Position numbers and translations under genes: made by a program. A model generated the notes under the pieces. That model made no database searches, had not been told where the DNA came from, and saw nothing but the letters and a program-made list of their open reading frames with translations. From Chrysomallon squamiferum (Eukaryota; Animalia; Mollusca), in contig CM022671.1 in assembly GCA_012295275.1 (NCBI GenBank), positions 3,038,001 through 3,102,000 on the forward strand: 64,000 nucleotides of DNA, written 5' to 3'. This document shows, one piece after another, positions 40,101 through 54,757 of the stretch. The first letter of the stretch is position 1. Every line of letters begins with the position of its first letter.

Positions 40101-43100
40101 TATTCTTTTCTTCATCACAATGATTGAAATAGCAGCCACCTTTGCCCTTGACAGTACTCACTATGGCTTCAGGGCGACTCGCGAGATCAAGAGAATTGAT
40201 TCTCATCTCCAGCTTGTGTCTGTGTCTTTCCAGTCACTGGAGATTCTAGCTTATGTTTTGTCTTTATTAATTTTCAACACCTTCACTGAACATAATACAT
40301 TCGATCCTTTATGCCTGGAAACATATAAAACAACTTTTAATTTAAGTTGCTATCTTATCTAGTAATCCCAATTTATTTTTCAGTTTCGGTGGCGGCCCTC
40401 TCTCTCAGATACATGCATGTTTAGAGTAATTGAAACAGAAACAAATGCAATACACTTTAACAATTATTTCTTATTTATCTGTTAGTTAATAGTCTATACC
40501 ATAATGACATTATATACTGTATTAAAAGGCCAGTGACTTTAATTAGCTCTTAAAACAACCAGATCGTCATCCTTTTATGGTTACCATCTTAAGTTATTTC
40601 CGTTTTATTGGGGAAAATATAACTGCATTAGATTCGTTATGCCTGAAAACATATAAAATGAATTTTCATTCATGTATCTATCGGATCTATTTGCGAAGAT
40701 AAGAAAATAAAGAGATTCTGTGGCAGCAATCTTTAATTTAGCCTCCTAGCACAAACTGATCATGGATGAAAAGAAGTCAGTATACGTGTGTCCTAAACAT
40801 CAATTATCAACACTAAAAAAAAAAAAAAAAAAAAAACTTAAGACGCCAAAACGATGTTAAGCACAAATATAGCATTTGTCTGCCGTATCAAAATTAATAG
40901 TTTTTTGTATACGATATTTTTTAAAGATGGCACTGCACAGCACTGCACAGTTCATGCAGAGATTGCTGTTTTTGTCGAATCACGGAGACCGCGAACAGCA
41001 AACGCCAAACCTTGCTTGTTTGGAACATCAATCTGATAATTCAAACATTCAACATCATTCTATGCAAATTTATGTCAACACCGCATCTTTATGGGTACTT
41101 TTGAGGTCGAAAGGGTGGAACGGCTGGCAGAAATGGAAGGTCTACTGGGTTACAAAGGCAATATTTTTTTTTTTTTTATATAAAACATGAATTTTATGCC
41201 ATGCAAAATACGTTTTATTTACAATTCGATATATTTGCAATTGTGTTTTAGGAGAAAGCTGTGATGCTCGGTATAGCAAAGCCCGACCACGATGATTCGT
41301 GTTTGTTGTTTTGGATACTGGTGTGATGGATGCGAATAAAGATTGTAAATATGTATTTAAAAAAAATAAATATAAAAAATTGTCTGTAAGTTTTGCCCGT
41401 CTGATGACAGGACACCTGCTGTGTAGGGACACTTTTATTTGGACCCACAGATATCCATACAAGTCAGATACCACTGTAATACACAGTAATATTACACGCC
41501 GTCGTTGTAATACATAGTACAATACGCTTGATAATCAACGTACAACCAGTCGCTTTCTAATTAATTACACATCTGCCTCTTTTCACTTAATTTTTTTCCT
41601 TCCAGTTTTAGCACTGAACAAAAAATAATAATAATAACAGAAATAAATTATAACACGCAATTTGTTTTAGATGGAAGACGATGAATCCGGCATATGGCGC
41701 TTCCATCTTGTTCATAATTATTATTATTATTTATATATATATATATTAGATTTCGTGATGTAACATATATTCACTGTAGCGAAGACGCACGCTCCACCTT
41801 TTCTGAAAGTTTTGATCCGTCTGTGAGTGTGTTCAGATGAAGCTGGCACAATCCACTTAGTGACTGAAAACTAATTTGCTAATGGCGCATGTTGATTAAA
41901 GATGGCTGCAATAAAAACAGTTTGATGGCCGGAGGTGTCGGTTAAAACGCGGAATTGTTACTGGCAATCTCTGTACTTAATTAAGTAGGTGAAAGTTACT
42001 ACTTGATTAGTCGGAAGATTGATCGTTACACACAAAATGTCACCACGTGGCTAACATCATTCTAGTTAATGTCCAAAAACACAGCATAAAAAACATATTT
42101 TGCATAGTATTCTGATAGCATGTTTTTTTTTTGGTTTTTTTTTTTTTTTTACATTCATAAGTGAATTAATAACTAACTGAATGAAACAGAATAGTGAAAT
42201 ACATTATTGGCGTTCTAATCACTTGTTTTATATAGCGAATGATAAACTGAATTAATTGTATGATGTATAACTGCAGTCCCGAGTTTCATATATATGAAGC
42301 AAACCACCGACAGCGTCTAATAATTTGATATAAATATAGTTCTGTTGAATTACGGCTGGATCTGGCCTGAAGTATTAATAAATATCTAAAACCTAGATTA
42401 AATGCTGTGTAATATAATTATTTTATATATTATTTTCTTTCCTCAAATATATCAGTCTCTAGACGACACGTACATTCGAGAATATTAATTTATGTGTATG
42501 TGACACAAAGCAATGTTTTAAAAGAATAAAAATTATAATTTTAAGTTTTATATCTGTCAGCTTAGCAGTCTAATTTATAGAACTGCATTTCAGTGTTATA
42601 TATTATTCCTCTTGTGTGTGTATAAAATTAAAAAAAAAACAATGGAGTGCTACGTTATACATCTAATACTTTGTGTTTCTATCAGTTTAATAGTAAACGT
42701 ACATTACTCATATGTTATTTAATATATTTAATTCCGTTTACGAGTGTTCATAAATAATAATTTTATGTAATTATCATGTCGATAAAATACAAGCAGTAAT
42801 TTATATTGTGAAGTTTCAAGTTAAAAAAAGAACTCTTTACAAAACATTTAGACTGTTGCAAACCAAACTGATGTTATCAACCTATACGTGAAAAACAGTA
42901 TGATATGAATGCAACTTAAATAATTATTTTATATCATATGCTGTTATTAGTGTTTATCGAGTTGTGCATAGTGTATCTCAAATTTCGTATAATAAATATG
43001 TTAATTTATTTTACAGAACTCATTTTATTTCCCGTTCTAACCAAAAGTTTCATATTACTCTCGTTACGATTATGATAATTTTATGTTTTACTTTCAAACG

Positions 43101-43304
43101 AAAACTTTAAGTGAACCTCTTAGCTACAAATTTCATATCATACAGTTCCCTATTAAGTCCCTGAATTATTTTTACTACAAATATATTGTTCTTCTTTTTC
43201 ACTCGAATGTAATACTTGTGTCAGTTTTGAGGTTTATCGATGTATATGTTAAAATAATATTCAAGTTTGTTTGGAGAAGGCAAAAATGTATTTGATTCAT
43301 GTTA

Positions 43305-43520
43305 AAAAGAAGGAAAAGGAAGAAATGATTTATTCATTTTGAACTACGGTGACATACATATGATTAAAGACAATTCAGATAAGAAGAAAGAAAACCCGCT
43401 CTCTCCACACGACTTTCATTAGCAGCAAGAAATCTTTTATTTTATTTGAAACCCCTTTTACAGATGGAAAAACACCAACTTTGATCAACCAGTTACGGGG
43501 AACCGGCTGGAACGGGATAT
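43305..43520 (-). mobile_element. Degenerate mollusc-type SINE (MESC/Meta-domain-like); related relics at ~49600-49740 (+), ~50420-50560, ~51030-51140, ~30440-30550
   Basis: Shared motifs aaacccgct...attagcagcaag.aatcttttat...ggctggaacgg and, on the other strand, ttccagccagtgc...tgtctgtgg. The family assignment is from memory. Confidence 0.5.
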
Positions 43521-43699
43521 ATTTTAGAACCAATAAATGCATGAATGTTTAATCGCAGCTCCATGAAGTAACAGTTTGGTAAATATGTAACAAAAACGCT
43601 GCCTTGTAAAGTGTACAAATTGTATTTCCTTGATGTTCACCTCATTGACAGTGTTAGTGTTCGAGCCAGTCAATCAGCCTGCTGGTTTACCAGTAATTG

Positions 43700-44147
43700 C
43701 TCACAGACGACAACGTTCGAGTCGCGAAAATGAATTCACTTTATCAGTGGACGACTCACTAACCGTCGAGTCGACTCTCCTGAGAAATACACTGACTTCA
43801 TTCTACACTCAGCCTCGCGTTCTCTAAACTGCTTCCTCTCTATATCGGTTTATTTAACGTCCATACAGCAGCAGCCGCCTGGCCGAGCAATGTGGAAGAT
43901 TTTTTTTTTTTTTTCTCCCCCCCCCCGTATCTCGGTCACGTGACTGGCTTACGGAGACAGTGCAGGGTTTCGTACACAGAGCAGTTTGTAGTCTGGCAGG
44001 CTGCAGATACGAATTTTTTTTCTAATCGTTTTGTCTCTGCTGATAAACACGTACGGTACAGAAACTGTGAAGTAAATGGAAATTTTAATGATTTTTACAA
44101 CATTTTCTGTGATTAGGATTCTAAGAGGAGTGTACAGTTTTAACAAG
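43700..44147 (+). promoter_or_regulatory. CpG-enriched candidate promoter/first non-coding exon for the downstream PRRT3-like gene
   Basis: Local CpG enrichment, perfect GTCACGTGAC at 43935-43944, and a GTAAGT donor near 44147. Confidence 0.35.
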
Positions 44148-44350
44148 TAAGTAAATTTATAATAAAATTTAAATCTGCCTTAGTATATAATTAAAATGTG
44201 TACACGGTGCATCAATAAGTAAAACTGTATTGAAATCTTGACTTAGTATATATTTATAGTGTGTACAGTTTATATCAGTAAGTAAAACTGTATTTAAATC
44301 CGGATCTGTATAATTATAGTGTCGACGTTTTATAAAATTAAGTAATTGTA
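44130..44350. repeat. Degenerate ~60-65 bp tandem repeat (~3.5 copies)
   Basis: Recurring gtgtaca...taagtaaa...aaatc...tata.tt.ta. Confidence 0.6.
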
Positions 44351-44511
44351 ATCATTATTTATAATATTTATTGATAGATATCACAGTAAAAAGAAATACT
44401 TGAATACTTTCAAAAGCATTTAATTTAGTGTAAGCTGACCTCATTTAAGCAGCCACCTGTCTTAAAAGGAAACTTCTTATTATTCGTTTTAATATCAGTT
44501 TAACACAGGCA

Positions 44512-44514
<3 letters not shown>

Positions 44515-44591
<77 letters not shown>
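44515..44591. repeat. (CT)n microsatellite, followed by (GTT)/(AGT) low-complexity sequence to ~44850
   Basis: Direct observation. Confidence 0.97.
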
Positions 44592-44595
<4 letters not shown>

Positions 44596-46116
44596 TTTAT
44601 ATTCTCTATTAATATTTTTATCGTGATTATTAATTGTTTGTTTGCTGTTTATTATTAGCAGTAGTGGGAGTAGTAGTATTGGTATTGTTTTTGTTGCTGT
44701 TGTTGTTATTGTTGTTGTTGTTGTTGTTCTTCTTCTTCTTCTTTTTTTTCTTGTTATTGTTTGTTGTTGTTGTTGTTGTTGTTGTTCTTATTATTATTAT
44801 TAGTAGTAGTAGTAGTAGTAGTGGTAGTAGTAGCAGTAGTAGTAGTATTACTGGAGAAAGCTACTTGGGGTATTTTATAAACACATTTAAACAAAACAAG
44901 ATAATTAAAATTTAATGTTTGCGTTTTTGAACGGAATCTTGTCTAAAAGAAAGATGTGATAAACGATTATAAGAACAAAGCAGTTTTATTTAGAAAACAG
45001 TTATTTAATTTTTAATCTACGCGAACAAAAGTGTGTTTGTGAAAGATGTGAAGTCGAGTGATTGTTAAAGTAAATACAAGATACGGGAAGAGTTCCTGGA
45101 AGATTTTCTGTGTAGACACGTGTTCTTTGTAGTGTCAAATTTCACTGAAAGTGAACCTCTGATGTTGATAGATACACAGGAGTAGTGGTCTGGATATCAG
45201 TATCCTGACAGTAATGGCAGACGACCATGCTCCTGTCATGGTTATACAATCACAATGATTCCAACTGCATTTTAGTACCATCTGCTCTCACAGGTCACCC
45301 AGTGCTTTTGTTAGCTTAGCTTCCTGATAACCGTGATAACCTCTGTCATACGTAATTAAGTGTACAATTAATTATGTCGAAATAATTTTACATTTAACTA
45401 CTCAGCACATTTCTATATGCTAAGGATATAAGTCCCTGAAAATTAAAAATAAACAGAAATAAATAAATAAACAAACATAAAAATAAAATAAAAATATAAA
45501 TAAATAAAGAAAGAAAGAAATAAATAAACGAAAATAAATATAAAAATAAATAAATAAATCCAACCATACTACTGTTACGATTACTATCCAGCTGGTACTA
45601 CTACTGCTACAACAAAAACTACTACTTCTAGTATTATTACTGCTACTACTACTGCTAATAACAATAATATTAACAAATAAATGAATAACTGGCACAAAAA
45701 AATCACTCTGTAAAACCAAAAATTAAATAATTTGATAATCTCTGTAACTATATATAAATAACTTTAAGTTCATAACCAGATATTGTTTGAAACGGCATTC
45801 ATATTGCCTTACGATGTTAAATTGTCTCAAAGATTAAAGAACAGCTTCAGTTCAAAGACTCTAAATCTCTTATTTCGTTTCTGAATGTTATATTGATCTG
45901 TGAGATGAGTTCTGACAACGTGACGTATTTTAGTATTGACAAAACAAGACAAACATCAAATTCTCTCCGTTCCTTTAAAGATTTGTCCTTCTTAGCGTGT
46001 GCCGGGCTTTTCAGTCAGTTTTAACTGACTTACTCTAGTCAGCAGTAGACGTGGTATTCACAGACATATAATTTTATCAGATGAATTCGCTGCGTAATGT
46101 CATTACGTGATACATT

Positions 46117-46680
46117 ACTGTTTAATATCACTGTGTAATACAGCACTGTTTAATATCACTGTGTAATACAGCACTGTTTAATATCACTGTGTAATACACC
46201 ACTGTTTAATATCACTGTGTAATACAGCACTGTTTAATATCACTGTGTAATACACTACTGTTTAATATCACTGTGTAATACACCACTGTTTAATATCACT
46301 GTGTAATACAGCACTGTTTAATATCACTGTGTAATACACAACTGTTTAATATCACTGTGTAATACACCACTGTTTAATATCACTGTGTAATACCACTGTT
46401 TAATATCACTGTGTAATACACCACTGTTTAATACCACTGTGTAATACACTACTGTTTATTATCACTACGTAATACACCACTGTTTAATATCACTGTGTAA
46501 TACACAACTGTTTAATATCACTGTGTAATACACCACTGTTTAATATCACTGTGTAATACCACTGTTTAATATCACTGTGTAATACACTACTGTTTATTAT
46601 CACTACGTAATACACCACTGTTTAATATCACTGTGTAATACACCACTGTTTAATATCACTGTGTATTAAACTGTTTAATT
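46117..46680. repeat. 28-bp minisatellite (ACTGTTTAATATCACTGTGTAATACACC), ~20 copies, degenerating to ~46870
   Basis: Directly visible; the unit is a diverged dimer (ACTGTTTAATATC + ACTGTGTAATACACC). Confidence 0.95.
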
Positions 46681-48037
46681 TGTAATACCACTACTAATAT
46701 CACTGTGGCACACCATTAAAATTTGGTGTTTTTTATACCAGTGGCATTATATTACGTTATTCAATGAACTTAAATGGTTGTTTTAAAATCACTTTAATAC
46801 ACCATTGTTTAATTCACTACGTATACACTAGTGTTTGATATCACTGTGTAATACACTACAGTTTAAATTAAAAGTTTGGGTATTAGATGATGGTATTAAA
46901 TTGGTATTTTTAACTACTACTGGTGGCATTAAAATTTGGTGTTTTCATAGTGGCATTATATTACGTTATTCAATGAATTTAAATGGTCGTTTTAAAATGG
47001 CTTTAGAATTATTGTAGTATTATACAGTAAATTAAAATGTGGTACTTAATGATGGTGTTTTATTAAATGCTAGTACTGTTCTGAGGTATTATCCATGTTA
47101 AAAAGAAGTGTAGACAAATGTTAGAGTAATTACATTAGAATTATAAACATTCTTTTTTTCTTCTTTTTTTTTGGTAGGAATAATAATAATAGTAGTAGAA
47201 ATAGTTGTTGTTGTTGTATCTGCAGTATCAGTAGCAGTAGTAGCAGCAGTAGTAGTAGTAATAGTAGTAGCAGCAGTAGTGGTGATGGTGGTAATATAAC
47301 GAAACTTAAATTAACGATATTTCTGCAGTTCTTTTTCCTTTCATTTGTATATTACGATCTCATGAATAGGACAGTGTAGACACAACAGTTGATAATGTAT
47401 TGATTTGTTAGCCTTTTGTGTGTTATTTCGTGGCCGATATCTTCTAGTGGTCAGTTTGTAGGTGTCTGGTGACTTACTGACATACTTAGTCTGTACAACG
47501 CACCCACTCACTAGCCTTTTTTCAAATATGACACCACTAACATATAATACACTTTGTTTATTACACAGTTCATTTTAAAATAAGTGATTTGTATCTTGAT
47601 ACAGCAGATTCTGAAGTCAGTTTTTTTTGCTAGGTTTGCTAGAATACTGTAATCATTAAGTATATGGAATGACGAAGTGGTAGATTAGAGGGGATTTCAC
47701 GTTATGAGCACGTGAGCTATAATTACGTCATTTTATGCAAGTTGTTGTATTCGTATGCGTCTTGGGTGGTCATCCAGAATGAGGTGAGTCGTCTTTTGAC
47801 TACAATACATTTTAAACTTTAATACAGTATTTTGTGCAGTAGTTACAATGAGCATTACATTTATCGTTCATGTGCATAGTGTCGAGAATTAGACCCTTCG
47901 TAAGTTTAATAATATAATGTAATATTCCATTAACGTAAATACAATATAATAAAATGATTTTGATATGACAGCTGACATCCACAGTGTATGCCAGTATATT
48001 TTGAAATGATGCACTTTACATATACTGTGCATAATTA

Positions 48038-48070
<33 letters not shown>

Positions 48071-48306
48071 TTGTTTTAAAATCTACTTAATTTACAAATG
48101 TATCGTGTTTATTGAAACAAGTAAATATCAAACGTTTTTTATATTAAGGTTATAAAACTTATAATTAACCGATATGAAATTTCATGCTCAGTTCAACCTT
48201 AATTTATCAGAAAAACGGTTACGCATTAACATAGCTATTAAAAGTTCAGTAGAGGCCATTCGCTGCCTTTAAAATACATGTTTTTTTTATTAAATTATTA
48301 TTATTA

Positions 48307-48477
48307 TTTAATATCACTGTGTAACACACTACTGTTTGATATCACTGTGTAATACACTACTGTTTAATATCACTGTGTAATACACAACTGTTTAATATCA
48401 CTGTGTAATACACAACTGTTTAATATCACTCTGTGACACATTAGTGTTTAATATTACTGTGTAATACAGTACTGTTT
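48307..48477. repeat. Second array of the same 28-bp minisatellite (~6 copies)
   Basis: Same unit sequence and orientation as 46117-46680. Confidence 0.9.
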
Positions 48478-49449
48478 ATTTTAAAGAAAAACAACAACAA
48501 AAAAAAAAAAAAAAAAACAATCTTAACTACGATTAACGTCTGTGAATCAAAGCCATACAGTGTTTTGCTATCTTTAATAATTATCTCTACACCACCATAC
48601 TGTACTGTGAGTCGTTTGAAATCTCACAGAACCATTTTAATCACGTGACCAAAGAAAACTTAAGCACTTGAAGTTCACAAGTTAAAAATACGAAAAGACA
48701 AAGTCATAAATATTATTTACTCGCAGCGTCATCTTTTGATAACAGTTGTTTGACTATTTCTGATTGGCTAAGAACCACCAACGAAACTTAGCCCAGAGTT
48801 CATTTCAAATACTACTGTCTACGTGCCAAATCTTGATGTTATGTTATGTTTCAGTTTGAGTTAACATTTTGTACAAGAGAAGATTTAAAAAATATATATA
48901 TATATATAAAAAAGAAAGAAAGAAAAATAAAAGGTTTATCAGGGTTTTTCTGCAAATATTTTCAAATATTTGTTTTAAAATAATTCTGCCAATTCTGGAT
49001 AAGTAATTAAAGCAGCACAACAATTTTTTTTTATTTTATTATTATTTATTATTATTTTTTTTTTTTTAACTCTAAACATTTCTAAAAAGCAGTTTCCCTG
49101 TTTCGGCTGTGGAATTTAGTTCAGTTCTAGATTTTTTTTTTATGTGTGTGTTAGGATTACAAGGTCGTGAGATTTTTCTGTTTCGACCAAAAGTGCTTAA
49201 AAGGAATTTAAAAAATCTCCCCTTCAAATCAGATATGACTTGACAGAAAAAAAAAAAAAAAAAGTCATATTTATATAGTTAGTGACACACACATATTGTT
49301 TACACAGATATAAACGCAGACATTCGTCAACACACAATACGTTCTTATTATGAAATAAATAAATTCGTCCAAGAATAAACATGCACTCATAAATATAGAT
49401 AAACCAGAATCACATATTGTCACAAAGACATGCATGAGTGGGCATAATC

Positions 49450-49452
<3 letters not shown>

Positions 49453-49489
<37 letters not shown>

Positions 49490-49515
49490 CACGCACGCAC
49501 ACAAAATACACACAT

Positions 49516-49575
<60 letters not shown>
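49453..49575. repeat. Compound (CA)n/(CT)n microsatellite
   Basis: Direct observation. Confidence 0.95.
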
Positions 49576-49577
<2 letters not shown>

Positions 49578-51481
49578 AGAATATTTAGACGTGAAGAATA
49601 ACAGATCGTTGTATCACTTCTTGCGAGTGTACTTATTGTGCTATTTTCCATTCCAGCCAGTGCTCGTGAAAGATTGTCAGATATTTATATTTGTCTGTGG
49701 AAAGATGCTTATTATAAAAAAAATACATTGCTGGTAACCGACAATAATAACACAAGACTTTTTTTGTCCCTCGTATTATCATCATGGAAATCTGGAAAGT
49801 ATTAGTATTGCAACATGTTACTGAGATTTTAAATATTCTTTCTCTGCAGTAAATTTCTTTAAGTCATGCACAGGGTAAAGATATCCTGAAAAATATTTTC
49901 AGCTTTAACCTGTCATTGTCGTAAAAATTTAGATCTAAGTCTGCCGACCTAGAATTTGCCAAACTGGTTTACTGTGACGCATATAAAAAAACCTCCTGTT
50001 GCCTCAAGACGAGAAATTTAATCGTGCACCTCTCAGTTATTTATTATGAGTTGAGAAACTCAAACTCCTGTGAGTTCAGTTTATCAGTTTCCCTCTCTCA
50101 CCAGCAGGTTACGTTAAAATAATTTAACGTTAAATTACTCCACCCATCACCATTAAATTTGTTCTGTTTTCTCGATTCTTGAAAGTGGCAGTTTCAGAAT
50201 GTCCCAAACAGCTCGTGGAGTGGCAATAAGCTTCAGAGAGACAGCTTGAGGCTTGACTGAGATCTGCATTTTCACAGCATCTGTAAAAACAGCATTTTAA
50301 ATATTAAAATCAATCAGTTAATGCTTAACGATACATACATACATTTGGTAATACTGAATATAAGGTGCATATCAAATGTTTTTCTTTTTTTATACAAAGT
50401 AATTATGAAAGAGCTGCCCGATGTCAACATTCAGTAGGGTACTACTACCGATTAGCAGTAAATGGTAGTTTCTATTCACCTTCCCAGAGATGTAAAGATG
50501 TAAATTAGCCGTAAGACACTGCCTTGGTTAGTAAATGGCTTACTGAGCTCACTAAGGAGGAAATATAAAATTAGATATCATAGAAGTTAATATTAAGGCA
50601 GGTTTAATTCGTTTCACTGAGAATACTGACAGTACACTGACAGTTCACTGACAGTACACTGACACTATACCCAGGTTTGACGCTCGAGGACAAAGTCTAA
50701 TCACGACGTCACGACCATCAGATGCTGCTGACGAGACTCGAACGTGCGGCATAACTCAAAGGCAGACGACGATCCCTTTCGAAAAGTTGCTCAATAATCG
50801 AGGATAATCATCAGTTTGGTACATTTTAGGAAGGAATATTCTGTTGTCTCAAGTACGTCTGATATTAACAGTACACCCATGCAATCATGTGACTGAACAT
50901 TAAAAAAAAAAAAAAAGTTATAATAACGTTGAACTAAATCTTGGGCGTGAAATTCAGTACACTTGGTTAATGTCTCTAACAACTGCTAACATGCCTTCAG
51001 TCAAGCTGTTTAGTTGCTAATGGCGATACCTGAAAGAATATATTATATGCCCTTTCTCACAGAGAAAAGATCGCATTTATTGGCCTTTCTCTCCCATTGT
51101 TGGAGAACTGGCTGGATTGGGAAATGCCAGACTATCACGTGGAGAGTTAATGCTATGCACCAAGCTCAGTGCATCAGTGTACTGTCATTGGTTATATTGG
51201 ATCATTAATTTGTTTTAATGGTTTTCATTGGATCTATGTATTTGTTTCGTAGGTTTTGGTTGGATGTTAGAATGTGTCCTGTCACATGATCTGTTTTGTT
51301 GATTGATGTGTGGTAGCCTTGACATCGGAAACATACTGGTTTTTTATCTTCATGTACAGGAAGTTCCTACAGTTAGTTGATAATGATCGAGATACTTTAG
51401 GAATAAAATATATATCTGACAGTTTTTATCTTTTTTCGGATATCTTATATTTCTTCTGTTTTACTCGTTTCTTTCTTTATT

Positions 51482-51518
<37 letters not shown>

Positions 51519-52452
51519 CTGTATAATAATAAGAATATATTACAACAGATTCATTTATGACACATATATAATTTAGAAGGAAATTATAATTTAAAAAATA
51601 GAAATGTTTTAAGATAGAAATAAACTTTTTAATTAATTAATTTTTTCTTTATTTCTATTACTTATTAAGAGCTGATTTCATTTTTCGTTCTTGTTTTATT
51701 ATTATTATTATTTTTTTTCTTCTATTATTTATTTATTTAGTTTTGTTCAAGCATAAATTCATAATTTCTGTATTTATATAATAAACTGTGAAACATTTTG
51801 AAAGAAAATTTTGAAACTGACGTATCCAGCTGTCACTGTCAGTACTGAGTTAATTATCTTGTTTCTGTCTGCAATTTAGTACTGTCAAATTTGTCTGCTG
51901 CTGCGTGCAGTTTGATTCGCTTCAATGGTTGTGTTACGTCATCAAACAAATTCCGATTTTCCTAGCTTGAGTTCGCTGACTGGACTGCAGTAATGTAAAC
52001 AAAAACGAAGATCACTGGGTTGGAAATTAATCTGCTATGAAGTGACAAAACCTGATAGACGTTTTATCAGTTGTATGTGAATTTACACAGTTTTAACATC
52101 AAACAGTGTTTATTTTCACTAATGTAGAATAAACAGCATTATCAGCTGTTTCGAAACTTTTATGTGTGTATCATTTGCACGTGTCCTTATTTAATAATTT
52201 ATCATTGTTGCATGACATAGCGATAGTTATGTTTAACTTCATTGTTTAGAGAGAGTACTGTTAATTTTCACTGTGTTTTTTTCTGTCTTTCTTTTGTGTA
52301 ATGTGTTCAAACCAATTCCATTCTTTGTTATATTAAACTTTTTTTATTTTCTTTCTATAATTATTTTTATAACAGAGGGTTTACTTATCAGTTTCTATCA
52401 GATGTAATGTTTACATTGTGTGTTACAATCATATGGAGTTTTCTAAGAAAGC

Positions 52453-52497
<45 letters not shown>

Positions 52498-52606
52498 GCC
52501 CAGGAAATTCATTTGAAAAGAACAATAAAAATTATGTGAAATTCTAGTTTTATAGATAAATATAAATATTATTTATTTTATTTAGTTTTATTTATCATCA
52601 TCATCA

Positions 52607-52662
<56 letters not shown>

Positions 52663-53126
52663 TCAAGTTTGTGGTCATAATTCATTAGCTACACACAAAA
52701 CAAATATATAAATTTACTTTAATCATGGTTAAAATATGTTGATACATCATCCTATCTGTCTACACAATATTATTTTACAAAAAGACGTAACTGATAATGA
52801 AATGTTTGGGATTACACATTTGGTTAGTCAGCTCTGAACTGTCCTCTGAAGTGCAAACCAGTGTAAAAGTAGTAATTAGAACACAATGGGATTGTTAAGT
52901 TAATGAGAGGACATTGGACAGCATAAGCTGTATTCAGTAATAAAGATGTGAAAACCGAAAGAGATTAGAAAATAGTGTTTACACACAGAGGTCAGTTGAT
53001 TTCTTTATTTACAATTCAGAAAGTTTTTTTCATTGACTGTCAGAGTAATGATGAGATCAAGAAAATATTTCTAGGTATGTTTGTAGTATTGTTGTGATAT
53101 TTCTATATTTAATTATTTAGGTATCT

Positions 53127-53133
53127 ATTATTA

Positions 53134-53203
<70 letters not shown>

Positions 53204-53239
53204 CATCATTATTATCATTTCATTATTATTATCATTATT

Positions 53240-53289
<50 letters not shown>

Positions 53290-53310
53290 TATTATTATTA
53301 TTATTATTAT
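53127..53310. repeat. (ATT)/(ATC)n trinucleotide microsatellite; similar tracts at 52453-52497 and 52590-52642
   Basis: Direct observation. Confidence 0.95.
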
Positions 53311-54718
53311 TTTGTAGCTGTTATCTTTCATTATTACATCATTACTTCAATTATTTCAGAAATGTTAATGTTGTGAACATTTAAGAATTTGTAAAAGCTG
53401 GTATACAGTTTTAGAACACTAATTATAATGTTTTACACATGGCTGTAGGTTTTTGTTAATCAGAATCACATAGTAAAATATATACTGAAAAAGTACCTGT
53501 TCAGGATTTTGTCTTGTGTATATTTTATGTAAGAATGTGAAAGTTTTATGCAGTCAAATAATATTTTCAGTGACATTTTACGAAAGCATTTTTATTATAG
53601 TTAGAGATGCAGGAATATAAATAAACAAAATGAATATTTATGTAATGACAGCTGAAACAGTAATAAAAATTTATATTAATAAAAAAAATGAAACAAAATC
53701 TAATGTAAAAAAAAAAAGCAGAAAATGCATTAGAACTCTAAATATATTTTTGTAAACAAATTTTTATATAATTTGTCAAGATGTTTTAAAGATGTGAATT
53801 CTGCAGAATTGCTATTTCTGTGCAGGAACCATTTTTACGATTAACTAGCTTATCCAGAGAGGCCAGCAGCAAAAGTACATTTAACATAAAATTCCCAGGG
53901 ATCAGTAAGTTATCCATCAAGTTGTCTGGAATTTAGGCTGAACTAGAAAATAACGCATCTACTGCATTAAGAAGGATATATTCTCTTATCCATCCCATCT
54001 TGCTGTCTAGATGATAGGTTGATCACATTAACAAGGACAGATCCTGTAGTCCATTGCGTCTCATTCAAGTATTTTTAACATTAAGTGAAGTCAGCTGTCA
54101 TATCATTTCACAGTTTTACATAATCTGAATGTAGTAACAGATGATTACTTTTTTTTAATGGATAGATTTTTTAATTTCATCTGTCAGATTTGAAGTTTTG
54201 TTGTGGAATGTAAGATATGTAGAAGTGCGTAGATGTTTGTACACACATGACTGAGTTTGAAGAAAAAGATACAAATACCTGTAGTTATGGTTAATATACC
54301 TTGACAATCAGGGTAAAAACTAACAATGAACTAACACAAGGCATTCCACAGTAGTATCATTATGTTTATTGTAGAAGTATATTAATATTATTGATGTACC
54401 AGAGATCATAGTAACAATTATTTCCTGTTTATGGAAAGACACATAAAAAAAATAGTTTTATTTAATAATAAGAAATGACTTCTTCTTTCCAGTAATAGAA
54501 TAAACATTATTACATGTTAGCATTTTCCTCTGTCAGCATCTTCTAACTGAAACAAATATAAATATATACTTTACACAAATACACACACATTTAACACCTG
54601 AACACTTTAATTACTGTTTAATGTGTTGACATGCTGTACAATTCACCAGGCTTAGCTGAAGCAAGAGATTGTAGTATGACAGGCAAGCTTCAACACAGTA
54701 CAGACACACAGACACACA

Positions 54719-54757
<39 letters not shown>

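Noticed and set aside
39560-40300. Possible decayed LINE endonuclease on the minus strand (GKGG..., ITIIN.SP-like fragments)
   Set aside because: Too degenerate to support without a profile search.
46117-46680. CRISPR-like regular array
   Set aside because: Units are head-to-tail with no unique spacers, there are no cas genes, and the context is eukaryotic.
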